A stretch of 64,000 nucleotides of DNA, taken from NCBI GenBank assembly GCA_951406725.2, contig OX597819.1:109368001-109432000 (forward strand), read 5' to 3'. This document shows, one piece after another, positions 13,290 through 27,300 of this stretch. Position 1 is the stretch's first letter, and the number at the start of each line of letters is the position of its first letter. A model generated the notes under the pieces. That model was not told where the DNA came from. It saw only the letters and a program-made list of their open reading frames with translations, and ran no database searches. This DNA comes from Octopus vulgaris. Lineage: Eukaryota. Made by a program: the position numbers and the translations under genes.

Positions 13290-14060
13290 AATATCGATAT
13301 TAAAATTGTTAATTTCCTTGATATCACTTCAAAATACAAGCAAATATCTTCCTTACAAAAGCCAACGGAAAACTCATATACGTATAACTAAACTATTTCA
13401 TCATCCATAATCTTTAAAAATCTTTATGAATGTTATTAACAATCGGATTTCCATCAGCTCTTTTGATGAAAATCCTTTTAACTTCTCTAATTCACAAATA
13501 TATCACAAGCTCAAATAGAAATAGCATGCAGGTTATCTACGAAAATCATATAAAAATATTATAAAAATCTTATTACCACTTCAATATCAAAGCGCAACAG
13601 AAGAAATCATGCAGTCAAAAATACAAACAGGTCAAACCCTTCGTCTCTGCGTAATTTTAATCTTACTAATTCTTATCCCCTCAGCAAAAAGTACCTTGAT
13701 AAAGCATTGATATATCGAGCCAATGTATTTTTTATCTGATGATATAGGTAGAAACTATATCGGTCTCACAACGATTAATTTAAAGGCCAATATTCTCAAT
13801 AGTTACTCTCCTTTCAGCAACCAGAAAATAAAATCATCATATCATTGTTTAAATATATCTGGAGCCTTAGAGACAAAAATATATTAAGATAGACTGGCAA
13901 GTTATTGAAAACTCCACTCATACCAAACGGCTCATAAATACAAACTCTGCCTAGCAGAGAAATTCAATATCCTAAATAAAGGATATTTTTTACTATTACA
14001 TAAAAAGTCAGAACTAGTCTTAAAGTGTCTACCTGAGGGTTATTACCTTCTGAGTCAATT
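13290..14060 (+). mobile_element. Penelope-like element remnant (end of RT plus GIY-YIG), heavily decayed
   Basis: motifs KIVNFLDIT, LDKALIYRANV, NYIGLT, YIWSLRDK, KLCLAEKFNI, KSELVLKC in shifting frames. Confidence 0.75.
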
Positions 14061-16055
14061 CCAGGTACAAACTATCTAAATTTCTGGAATTATTTATATC
14101 GACCATCAATGTAAAAAACTTTATCAAAAATACACTTGTCATAAATATTTTTGAAAAATCATCTCATAAGACTTGTTATAAAACGACTTCAATATCCACA
14201 AAATAGCTTTTACATTTACTAAAAAAATTTTAAAACTTTTTAATCTTTTAAATTTTTATTTCACATTTTTATTTTCATATTTAATTTTTGTTTTCATATT
14301 TATTTTGTAATCATTGCTTGCATCGCTCCTCCATCATGCTTATCGTACAATTCTTTTATAACTCAAACTCCATTCAATTTGTTAATAATCTTCATTATAT
14401 TTAATTTGAAATGCTTTTAATGTTTTTATTCTTAAATTTTAATTTCTATGTTAATTTCAATGTTAAATTTATCACCAAAGTTTAAATTTATTTTCAAATT
14501 TTCGAACGCACCCCATACTTGAAGTGGATTCATTACAAAAATACAGTTACATATAGAATAATAAATAAATATGCAGATTAACTGTCAGATAATTGGACAT
14601 AAAAATGTTGAAAGATATGTCAAAGGGCCATATACATATATAAATAGATGTATAGATAGACATGTAAATACGCAGAGTAAGATGTAAACGTGTACATAGC
14701 CACAGAGATATACAGACAGATATATAAGCATACATACAGAGTGATGGACTGATTGATAGACTGATAAACTCATAGTTATCTCTAGTTAGATCAGTAGATA
14801 GATATATATACATGTGTATGCGTGTATGTATGCGATATACCTTATATGTATGTTTGTATGTAGTATGTATGTATGTATGTATGTATGTATGTATGTATGT
14901 ATGTATGTATGTATATGAGTGTGTGTGTATATATATATGTATGCATGTATGAAGTACCTAAGGTGTATATTAAGCAACGACCAGAAATATTCAACATCTA
15001 ACGCAGACGTGCTGGAATGGGAGGGCTGTTTCAATATAGAAATTCGCCTCGTAAAATATTGTACGCAATGGATTGGTTATACAATCTACCTTATGGATAC
15101 CAGGCTTCGTAAGCAATTATTTTATCGTATGCCAGTTCTCGGTAAGAGTCCCCAGTATCTCTTCCTCCTAAAAAAGAAAAAAAAAAAAAAGCAAATTCGT
15201 GATATCACTTAGAGTCCTTGAATATGAACACTGTTGATTTTGGGATATCTTGCACCGAACAGAAGCGAATGGTGATTTATAACTAAGAAGAACAGCCTGC
15301 AGTTTGAGAAAAATCGAACTGCACATCAAATAATGAAACGTAATGTCCGAAAAACTGAAGGCTGCTGAAATTCTTTATGGCAGAGGATCCCAGTGTAATC
15401 CCAGATGAACTGTCTGTGGTGGTGTTACACTTCCAAAAGTTGAGCTTGTCATCAATCAAAGGTCACATATCAGGTGACCAGCATAGAGTGTTTATATGCA
15501 TACAACTCCGATAGTTCCACTGGAACAGTGCTGTACATAAAGTGCTTAACAAAAAAGTTAAGAACTATTACTGGGTATAAAATCTATTTTAGACAAATGT
15601 ACAACGGTGGTGCTAATTTTCATGAGATCCTTGAGAAAATTCTGCGAGATTAATCACAAAAATTTCAAAGTAAAGATGAGGTAGTCAGGTAAGAATCCGT
15701 GGCAAGAATATTATGAAAGAATACCTTCAGACTTGTCGCAGGCATATGTCTAACCCCGAGAAACTGGATATGCTTTAACTCAAGTTGACGACCATGTATG
15801 TATATGTATATGTACATATATATGTATGTACACATATGTGTGTGTGCGTTCGCGTATGCTTATTTGTCTGTGTGTGCGTTGTCGCGTGTATGCATGAGTG
15901 CGTCTTTTATCTTTTACTTGTTTCCGTCGTGAGACTGCAGCCATGCTGGGGCACCACCTTAAAGAATTGTTAGTCAAATAAATCAACCCCAGTTCCTTTT
16001 TTTTAAAGCTTAGTACTTATTTTATTGGTCACTTTAGCCGCTAGGCTATATATAT

Positions 16056-16105
<50 letters not shown>

Positions 16106-16338
16106 GGATAAGATAGTTATTTAAATATCGAACTTATCAAGTGGCCAGCATGGGAATAAAAACCTTCAAAGGTAATAATTATTATTAAAATTATAATTTA
16201 GGGTATCTAAGAGATACCTCCATGCTGAAAATAGCAGCCAAAACTTGACTCTAAAACCATATTAAATGTTCATACAACACCAGAAGAGAAGACAAAAAGA
16301 CAAAATAAACTAGCAAAAAAAAAAAAAAATACTGGATA

Positions 16339-16396
16339 ATTCCAGATCCCGGATTTCTGGCTCTGTATAAGAAATGGTTTGCCTCATCAGTAGAAT
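16339..16396 (-). ncRNA. type I hammerhead ribozyme motif, near-intact
   Basis: attcta-CTGATGA-ggc...gcc-a-GAAA-tccggga-TC-tggaat; 6-bp stem I, AUC cleavage triplet. Confidence 0.7.
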
Positions 16397-16525
16397 ACAC
16401 ACAGCACATAAATACAAATATATATAACATACGAATACTTACATATACGAACATATACATACATATATATGCAAGTATGCACACGACCAGTTTAAATTTG
16501 TCTTCTCTCCTGGTGATCAATGAAC

Positions 16526-16595
<70 letters not shown>

Positions 16596-17011
16596 ATCCA
16601 TATATATTGTGAATCGTGGGAGATAACTTCTTTACCTTCCTCATATCACATCAGTGTATATGTTTGCGTGAATGTGTGTGAGTATGCATATGTACATTCA
16701 CATGTACATGTTTGAAATGTAGGTGTGCGCATGTTGAATGTGTATGTGCATGTATGTGCGTGCAAGTGCGTGTACATGTAGTGATATATGTGCGCACATC
16801 TCATATTGACATAAAATATGAATGCCGAATATTACCACTGCATACATGCGCACAAACTCTCTCACATAAACAGGCACGTATATTTAGTTCTATTTCCCTT
16901 TACACACACACACACACACACACACACGCATACAAACACACACACACGCACACACATACACAAAACAATAGAATAGATAAAAGAAGTGAGGTGAGAGAGT
17001 AAATATATATT

Positions 17012-17061
<50 letters not shown>

Positions 17062-17102
17062 GTATATATACACATATATATATACATATATATATATACA
17101 CG

Positions 17103-17143
<41 letters not shown>

Positions 17144-17498
17144 TGTTTTATTAGATCCATTTACTATGCAATGTTTGACCATTTATTAATACCGTACGTT
17201 ATTGATAATCAAGCGTGTATATCTATAAATCGGTTGCGCGATCGCCAGTACACGCCTTGAAACCCCTAACAGTGATCCCAGCACTACACACAAACACTAT
17301 ACACAAACACACACGCGCGCGTGAATATATACACACGCATGCGTACTCACACATATTTGCACGTTTATATTGATCGCGTAACTAATATGATATACTAAAT
17401 ATGATATTTATGACAAAAAGTATTTATGAGTGGCCAGCTATTTGATAGTAAATGGGTCAATTGAAAGAAAACGGAAAAGTATGTTTATATGAAACAAA

Positions 17499-17552
<54 letters not shown>

Positions 17553-17659
17553 TACACATACATACATACACTGCGCACACAGACATTAGCATATACATAT
17601 ACATAATGTTCTTGTATAATTTTATGACATCATCTCCTTTCTCAGAATTTTGTAGGATA

Positions 17660-18075
17660 TATTTCTTTACTGCCCACAAGGGGCTAAACATAGAGGGGAC
17701 AAAGAAGGACAGACAAAGGGATTAAGTCGGCTACATCGACCCCAGTGCGAAACTGGTACTTTATTTATCGACCCCAAAAGGATGAAAGGCAAAGTCGACC
17801 TCGGCGGAATTTGAACTCAGAACGTAACGACAAACGAAATACGTATTTCTTTACTACCCACAAGGGGCTAAACACTGAGAGGACAAACAAGGACAAACAC
17901 ACGGATTAAGTCGATTATATCGACCCCAGTGCGTAACTGGTATTTATTTAATCGACCCCGAAAGGATGAAAGGCAAAGTCAACCTCGGCGGAATTTGAAC
18001 TTAGAACGTAACGGCAGACGAAATACGGCTACGCATTTCGCCCGGCGTGCTAACGTTTCTGCCAGCTCGCCGCCT
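17660..18075 (-). mobile_element. SINE family B, internally duplicated (dimeric) copy
   Basis: two tandem core-plus-tail units followed by one head. Confidence 0.85.
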
Positions 18076-19408
18076 GGAATTTTGTAGGATAGCTTGCTGT
18101 TTTCTCCTCTTCTTTTGGGGTGGAAGTAATTGTTTAATTGTTCAATTTACAACAGAAAATGAAGTTTCAAATTCAGTTAAAATTTAGTACCCTGCACTGG
18201 GTTACTTTGTGAATATGATTTTTTACACTCCCGTTGTCTGAAATGCATTGAGTGAAAAAGTCGAAATCGAGTTCAAACATTCTATACTCATATTTCTTTG
18301 TTATCCAGCGTCTATGTGGAGGCATGTCTCGATATATTTATTTCTCATCCGTACTGCTTATGTACAATTATATTTATATAATTTGTGAATATTAAACAAA
18401 ATTTTTCAAAGTTTATATATGCCTTCATCTATGACTCCGAACGCGTTCTATAACATTTAAATGTGTTTCACCGGGAGGTTATTGAAACTGGCGATGATTT
18501 GATGCATGAGAATGAGATCATCATTTGTTGTGGAGTAGAAATATTTTACCACATAGCCGGACTCCATTTTCGGCTGACAGCGAAATGCTCTTTACAGTTC
18601 AGATTAAAATCTTTGCCTAACCGAAGCATTTTCATAAGTTTGTTTTAAACGTCCAGGCTTGTTTTCAGAATTTTAGTTAGCTCCTGTTTCATACACAGCA
18701 ACATAAAACTTTCCTTTCATAAGTTCCCAGTTACTTCAGTAGTTGAAAAAAAAAAAAAATAACCGGAAATATTTTTCATATATGATACATGGACGTCGGG
18801 GAAATATATCCTGTGTATCATATGGGATATATAGAACAAACAAAGGATAAATGGAGGAAATGTTTATCATATATGAAACATGGAGGTTGAGGAAAAATAT
18901 CTTGTGTATCATATGTGATACGTAGGACAGACAAAGAGTAAATGGAGGCATGTGACTGAGTTCGCGTCTCTGTTTCATCCTTCGCACCTTCGCACATTAT
19001 TCTGTAAAACCTAATTATTTGACTGTGCTGAAGACGCTCAAAGACATCGAAATGTAGATAAGCAGATTATGGGAAAAATTGAAACAATACAATTAACTAG
19101 TTCTTTCGGTTTTACATTCAAGATAAAAGTCGTACAACGGATGTTGGTTTTTATACTTACCTTGCAAAATGTCATTCTAATTACTGGACTCTCCTGGTGC
19201 AATGCGTGATTATGTATGTATGTATGTATGTATGTATGTATGTATGTATGTATGTATGTATGTATGTATATAAAGTTTGATAGAACAAAATATAATTTAT
19301 TGCAAAGTTTCAAAAGTTGCTCAAAGAGTGAAAATTTCGTGCGTGGCTCTTGTGTCACTTTTGTATGTTGCTACAAATAAAATATAAAAAAAAGGATCTC
19401 TCTAAGCA

Positions 19409-19460
<52 letters not shown>

Positions 19461-19466
<6 letters not shown>

Positions 19467-21279
19467 ACCTATTATTTAAAAGTCAACGTCTGTGTGTTCG
19501 TGTGTTACTTCTAGACTAGAAAACGACTGAAATTTAGAACACAAAATCCAAGACTAGGGAGAAGGGTAATGCCGTGTATGTTTCATACAATTTTGAAGGG
19601 AGCATAAAGGGGGGGAGCCCCCGTGAAAATCCATATGCTTCGGATTTTGATGAAACTTGAACCATAGGTATTAGAAATAAATTTAAAAAATATACCCAAA
19701 ATTTCCATTTCTTTGGATGATTATGAGACCCCCTAATAGGGGCTTAACTCCCAAATTTTAGTCATTTTTCATGGACCAAAATTACTGAATGGATCCTTAT
19801 GATATTTGGAACTTAGATTCAATGCATAAGGGCGGGCATAATGCAGCATATTTGGTTTGAATTTGAGGGGGCTTAAAGGGGGCAGAACCCCACATGAAAA
19901 TTCATAAATTTCCGATGTTGATGAAATTTCAACTATAGGTAATTCGACACAAATCAAGAAGTATTCCCAAAGTTTCTGCTTTTCATGAGGATTCCAAGAC
20001 CCCCTAATGGGTTTTAACTCCCAAATTTTAGTCATTTTTTAATGATCTAAAAACAAGGTTAAAAGCACTGAATGGATCTTTATGAAATTTGAAAATTATT
20101 TTCTATGCACAAGGGCGGATGTAATGCAGTTTATGTTTGATAGTGACAGGGCATAAATGAAGCCAGAAAATTCATATATTTTTGCTGCTGTTGAAATTTT
20201 AACCATAGATATTAGACATAAATAAAGTAATATTCCTAAAATTTCAACTTCTTAGGGGGTTAGTAAGACCCCTTAATGGGGGCTTAACCCCCACAATTTA
20301 GTCATTTTTCCTAAGCCAAGACGAATACAATTGCAGTCTTGGAAGCTGTAGAGTCACCCGAGTATACGAGATGAGCGTTATTTGTAATTCAATGGTACAA
20401 CAGTGTAAGAGTTTGCTTTGAGATATACTTAGATTGTGGTTTCTGCAATGTGGTGCATAAATTGTCAAGTAAAGGAGAGGCATCTTTGCCCCCACTGATT
20501 CAGTTGCAAAGTGTTATTTTGAGTAAAGTTATTTGGTTGCAGACCTCCTTTGAGTCTTTTTATTATCACTGTCCCCAGATGGTGATATATCTAGTCCCCA
20601 GATGGTAACATTGATTTCAAGGCTTTCCAAATAATTGATCATTCAAAGAGATTTGTAGATTGCAAATTTATTCTGTTCAGTTATCTATCGGTATAGGGAT
20701 CATTGGCAAATTCCAGAGTTGACACTTTCATTTCCGCTTAGTCTTCACATCACACAGTTGTTAATGTTTATTTGAGTTGGGTCATGTCCATCCAATTGCT
20801 ATAGACCCGTAATGCATCTTACGGCTGTGCCGATCACCTGTATGGTGAAGAATCCTACATTGAGGAGCAGTAGGTTAGGGTAACTGACTGCTTATTGTGA
20901 TCATACATCTTTTGTTTCCTGTAGCTTTGCTCTCTTTCACAAACCCAGTGAACATGCATATATTTCTGATTTCAAAGAACTCCCACATTTTTGAGCTTCA
21001 TGTGCTCCATTTTTCAGGAGCAAAAACCTTTGAATGGGTTTTATAAGATTTGGAGTTTGGAATCTGGGAATAAAGATGAGTAGTGTGGCATAAATATGCC
21101 ATGATTAGAATTTTTGTTAGGGTGTGTAAAGAGGGAAAGAACCCCACCATTAAAATTCTTAATCTGCAATTTTGATGAAATTCGAATTACAGGTATTCCA
21201 GTTCATTAGAGAAAATATAAAAGAAAAGTCTAATTCTTCAATTCCATGTGACACGGGCAACGCCGGGTATCTCTACTAG
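19461..21279 (+). mobile_element. non-autonomous Helitron with internal 270-bp repeats
   Basis: 3' hairpin cacgggcaacgccggg then CTAG|T at 21276-21280; repeat landmark ttttagtcattttt recurring at 19751, 20021 and 20291; 5' end approximate. Confidence 0.7.
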
Positions 21280-21304
21280 TATATATATATATATATATAT
21301 ATAC

Positions 21305-21338
<34 letters not shown>

Positions 21339-21370
21339 CTATATGTGTGTGTTTATATATATATATACAC

Positions 21371-21421
<51 letters not shown>

Positions 21422-21854
21422 TGAAAAAAATCAACCTAAGCCGCAGACCAATGACTATAATGGCTGGTATCTCTCTATGATAAGAACTCGTTGTTGTTGT
21501 TGTTGTTTAGTGTTATTCTGCCCCACTTTCAATATTTCATGGTCAAAGACGACTTAGCCGTGTGCATCTTATCTTTCACACTTTTCTACACATAGATATA
21601 TATAACTACATTATCCAATCTCTTCTCTTTTATGACCGTAGCGTGGTATACGAGGGCGAACTGGCTGCTATTGTTAGCACGTGACGTGACGACATAGATC
21701 ATCCCCTCGTCTTTAATTCACCTTTAAGTACAGGGATCTAATCGTACGCTCAAGTAACACACACACAGCAAAAATAAACACACACACACACGGGGATGTA
21801 AACACACCAACATCGGTTGTCAAGCGATGGTGGGGGGACAAACACAGACACACA

Positions 21855-22194
<340 letters not shown>

Positions 22195-22212
22195 GTCATA
22201 TATTTATATATA

Positions 22213-22378
22213 TACGACCGGCTTATTTCAGTTTCCGCCTACCAAATCCACTCACAAGACTTTGGTCGGCCCGAAACTATAGTAGAAGACAGTTGCCCAA
22301 GGCTCCACGCAGTGGGACTGAACCTGGAACCATGTGGTTGTGAAGCAAGCTTCTTACCTCACAGCCACTGTTGCGCCT
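22213..22378 (-). mobile_element. SINE family A head and body (its tail part lies at about 21790-21850)
   Basis: sequence similarity to other family A copies. Confidence 0.8.
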
Positions 22379-22473
22379 TTATGCATATATATATATATGC
22401 ATATTATAAGCATATAATATATGCATATATATATATGCATATATATTAATACGCATATGATTTAATATATGTA

Positions 22474-22516
<43 letters not shown>

Positions 22517-22520
22517 TATA

Positions 22521-22624
<104 letters not shown>

Positions 22625-23242
22625 AACCAACCATATACATAATAATATGCATGCACACTTGTACACAAACAAACACACACACACATACGCACGCGCAATA
22701 AAACATACACTGGCCGAAGCTAACTTTTTATTGATAATTAATTAATTAATCAACTAATTATGTTGTTAAATTCTTTTGCCATATGACCGTGGCATTTTCC
22801 TTGACCTGCCTCGCAAAAGGTGTTTTTCTCCCAATTTACACCTGCTATTTATTTATATACGATAATGTATGTGAGCGTGTTATCATATCGTGTAACTGTG
22901 TGTGTGGTGTGAGCGTGTGTATTTGTGTCTACGTGTGTATTCGTGTGTTTGTGTGTGCATGTCGTGTTTGTGCATGTGTGTGTGTTTGTGCACGCTTTCA
23001 TACCTTCTTCGCTTTGGTCGTTTTCGTTAAAATCCCCATGTATAAAAATATATATGCATGCATCCATTCATACATATACGCATACATACAATAAAAATAT
23101 GCAAGACAATTTTCAAGGTGAAAATGCGAATTAGCTTTTCATATCTACATTCCAAAGGTGGAATTTTGTATCTTTGTTTGAAATCAGCTCCTTCTTCACA
23201 AAGGCTTCTAATAATTAAATATAGAAGAGAGCATCCATAATA

Positions 23243-23477
23243 CCTATTTCTTTACTACCCACAAGGGGCTAAACACTGAGAAGACAAACAAGGACAGACA
23301 AACGGATTAAGTCGATTATATCGACCCCAGTACGTAACTGGTGCTTAATTTATCGACCCCGAAAGGATGAAAGGCAAAGTCGACCTCGGCGGAATTTGAA
23401 CTCAGAACGTAACGGCAGACGAAATACTGCAAAGCATTTCGCCCGGCATGCTAACGTTTCTGCCAGTTCGCCACCTT
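23243..23477 (-). mobile_element. SINE family B copy
   Basis: full head, core and tail. Confidence 0.85.
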
Positions 23478-23931
23478 CATAATACATACATAATACATGC
23501 ATACATACACCCACATCACACACACATACACGCGTACGCGCGCACACACACATGTACATGCACAGACGCGTGTGTATGCATACGTATAATCTGAATCAAC
23601 ATGAAAGAAGTATAAGCACTCAATACGACGTTGAATAATAACATTTGTTTAGTAAAGTTTATAGGATGACTATTAAACTTACTGCTCAAAGATTCACCAG
23701 GTGATTGACTTAATAGTTTCCGGAAATTACGGTGCATTCAGAGAATTGTCCACGTCTAAAATTACTATTTCAAATTCCGTCTAACTGCCATAAATTAGAA
23801 GTTACATGGAATTTGAAATGATAGTCTCTCTCCGCCCCGCTGAACGATCCGCTTGATTCATAATTATTCTTGGTTATTATTGCCATTCATCAAATGAAAC
23901 TTTTAAGCAGTAAATTACAGCCCCCCCCCCA

Positions 23932-24680
23932 CAGGGTCCGTTCGATAAATTGTCACCATTTCATATTTTTAATTTCGCGCATGCGCATTGTTTGTTTTTA
24001 ATTTTGTCTACTACACAGAATAGTAGGGTCAGTGACGCAATTCGCTCTGCCAGGAATTTGGAAACGACATACTGTATTACTTGGAATTCGCACCGGAAGC
24101 TCCAATACGAGCATTTAAGAGTGCTTGGGTGTTAATTTGAGGACAGTGCAATCTGAGGACATGTACCGAGTTTGATAAAAATCAAATATCCAGTCAACAT
24201 CATAGTGTTTGGAGTGATCACTGTTGATGGCGACGTTATGCTTCCATTCCTCTTCCCACACGGCCTCAGGCTCAACACAGAGGCCTACATCAAGCGCCTG
24301 GAAGAGGTAGTGCTGCCCTGGGTCAAGAGTGTGGTTGCTGGAAGATCCTATGTTCGGCAACAGGACTCTGCGCCATGCCACACAAGCAGGAGAACCCAGT
24401 CATGGCCATTAGACAATTTCTGCGACCACATCACCTCTAACATCTGTCCACCTAACTCCCCAGGGTGCAGTTGAGCGAGAGATCAACAAATCTCTTTGTA
24501 ACACCAAAGATGAACTGAAGGCAATGATTATGGTAACATTCATCAATTTAAACAAGGAGACCATCCAGAAGAGTTGCAAGATATTCCGAAGTCGTCTAGA
24601 GGCCGTGGTTGAAGCCAATGGCGATTTTATTGAATAAATTTACTCTTTAGTATTATGTAATTTTGGTAAATATCTGTTAA
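23932..24680 (+). mobile_element. Tc1/mariner relic (maT/DD37D-like), internally deleted
   Basis: ORF 24172-24474 with VFGVITVDG, QQDSAPCH, PPNSP; putative left end cagggtccgttcgataaattgtcacc; right TIR not found. Confidence 0.7.
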
Positions 24681-24699
24681 AATGAGATTCATTTATTCT

Positions 24700-25043
24700 T
24701 TTATTTGTTTCAGTAGTTTGACTGCGGCCATACTGAAGCACCGCTTGTAGTCGAGCAAATCGAGCTGAGGACTTATCCTATCGTTCTCTTTTGCCGAACC
24801 GCTAAGTTACGTGGACGTAAACACACCAGCATTGGTTGTCAAGTAATGTTGGGGGGACAAACACACGCGCGCACACACACATACATATATACGACGGGCT
24901 TCTTTCAGTTTCCGTCTATCAAATCCACTCACAAGGCTTTGGTCGGCCCGAAGCCATACTAGAAGACACTTGCCCAAGGTGCCACACAGTGGGACTGAAC
25001 CCGGAACCATGTGGTTGGCAAACACACAGCCACTCCTCCGCCT
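24700..25043 (-). mobile_element. SINE family A copy
   Basis: head to tail similarity with other copies. Confidence 0.85.
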
Positions 25044-25157
25044 ATTTTTTATTTATTTATCTAGTTTCAGCTCACAAGCTGTGGCCATGCTGGGGCACCG
25101 CCATTTAAAAAATATTCTGGAGATGCCGGGGATCGAACCCGGGGCCTTTCGCATGCA
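25044..25157 (-). pseudogene. chimeric retrocopy: tRNA-Ala(TGC) 3' half, trailer, and LINE 3' tail
   Basis: minus strand TGCATGCGAAAGGCCCCGGGTTCGATCCCCGGCATCTCCA (25157-25118), gaataTTTTTT, then aaatggcggtgccccagcatggccacagcttgtgagctgaaactag matching 63217-63262. Confidence 0.85.
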
Positions 25158-25282
25158 CTATGTTAGTGTTATTTTCATTTTTGCGTAATTTAGACGACAG
25201 TTTATTGGTCAGCTTATCTGTCATAAGTGTGCGTATGTTCACACTTATGTATGTATATATGTATAAGCATCTATCTATCTAC

Positions 25283-25339
<57 letters not shown>

Positions 25340-26281
25340 AGCTACTTTCTCTCTCTCTTCTCCCCCTCTTTCTCTATGTACAATGTGTGCATATCGGTGG
25401 TAATGTTTGTGCGTATACACATACACACACATACATTTAAATATATACATATTTAAATATAAATTTTTCTATGTATATACCAAGTGAATGAACATATGTG
25501 TGTATATGTGTATGTAGAAGGGTATGGACAAATAAATTCTTCCTGTCTAATATTAATGACTGATTAAACGTCTGTGATGGGAACCAAGGACAGCTAAAAT
25601 AAAACTTACAAGCAAATCAGAAGACAAGGTGGTATCAAATTTGAGTAATAAGTCGACCTTACATCATTTGAAGAAAAATGCATACAGACAAAGGGGGTAA
25701 GGAATTCTTCTAGTTTATATTTTGGCAACATTACTTTCTTAGAATGGTAATCTATCTTCATTAAAGGAGAGACATACCTATACTAAAGAAAGGACTGAAT
25801 AAGAGGTTTTGTTAATTTATATTTTATAATTTTGATTTCTTATTTCTGTTGATTAATTTTCTTCTGTCCATTTTAGAAATAATAGTTTTGATTTGTATTT
25901 CCATAAATTTATTTGGCATTTTTTATGAATCTATGTGTTGCTCTTTATCAAGGGAATGCTAAAAAATAGAACATGGGTATAAAACAATTGAAAACTATAG
26001 GCGATCCATCAGTACTCTCAAAGCCACTCACCTGATGACGTGCAAGTACAAATATATTGTTGCACTGTATTTATATAAAATCTATATAAACACATGTATA
26101 TGTGAAACACTCAGCAACTAACAGCTGTTGTTAATGCACAGAAACGATTGTTGTGATTTGGATTAAAGCCTATTCATTCCATCCTCTTGTATAGTAAATT
26201 TTGTATATATGTATATATACAATCGTGCATACATACATATATGCATGCATACACACACACATTCAAAAGTATGTTTACATG

Positions 26282-27300
26282 CAGAGGTTAGACAAAATAA
26301 TGGAAACACCTTGTGAAGAGGAACTTTTATTTAATGTGTTAGTTCAACTTTGGCACCAACCACAGCTTTAATGTCGATGAATTGACTCGCACAGGTTCTG
26401 AACGGTCTTAGGGAAATTTTGAGCCTTTCTTTAAGTAAAATATGCTTTAGCTCTTATTGTGATGGTGCTGTATGGAAACGGCTCCTCAGTTTCTACTCCA
26501 AAAGGCACCATAAATGTTCGATTATACTGAAATCCAGTGATCGTGGAGGTTAATAATACAAGTGGTTTATTTCATTGTGTGATCTTCGTACCAGTTATGA
26601 ATAGCATTTGCGTGTGAATCGATGCATTATCGTCCTGGAAGATTGCACAACAATTAAGGAGCAATGTTTTTACCATAGGATGGACAGAATCAGCTAAAAT
26701 ACTCTTGTAATCTTTGGCGTTAACTCTGCCATGTAAAAAAAAAGCAAAAAACAAACTTAAGAGCCATGAGAATTCCGTGATCTGGCTGTCCAAATTATTA
26801 AAGGTTTCTTTGGGTAGTCTTCAAACATAAATTCGCTCCGAAGTTGGAAAAAGAGAATAATGACGACCCATTTGCAAAGATGACGTTGTTCCATTAAACC
26901 ATTGACCACTTCTGATTATCTAGAAGCCATTTTCCCTTGCTCATCAATGTTGATGGGGATAGGAGAGGTTTAGCAATTGCAGCTCCTCCACAGTATCCAA
27001 CTTTATGAAACTCACGACGAAGGATTTTGGTTGACGAAGGGTTGGCAATGTAATGTGGTTCGATGGCTTTAAGACACAACATATTTTACTCTTCAGCAGT
27101 TCCTCTCTGCGAGCTTTGCCTTCCATCCAGAATTACGCTTGCCAGAGTTGGTTTCAACTTAGTTTTAGAATGTCAGTATGATACTAGAGCCTATAATTCT
27201 CGAAACATTAAACAATTCAGCAGTTTTAGTAGCTGAAGCTCCAGCAACTTGTCTTTTCTTCGGAAATCAGATGTCACACATTTTAACTTAAGTATAAATA
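26282..27300 (-). mobile_element. Tc1-like transposon relic
   Basis: IFQDDNASIH motif, PPRSLDFSIIEHLW-like motif, TIR-like cagaggttagacaaaataatggaaacacc; many frameshifts; far end approximate. Confidence 0.7.

Noticed and set aside
13735-13770. CTGATGA...GAAAC...GTC hammerhead-like string
   Set aside because: No stem I pairing and it lies in the PLE coding remnant (SDDIGRNYIGLT); treated as chance
25118-25157. Functional tRNA-Ala gene
   Set aside because: 5' half and A box are missing
26031-26112. CTGATGA...GAAAC
   Set aside because: No cleavage triplet or stem I partner found
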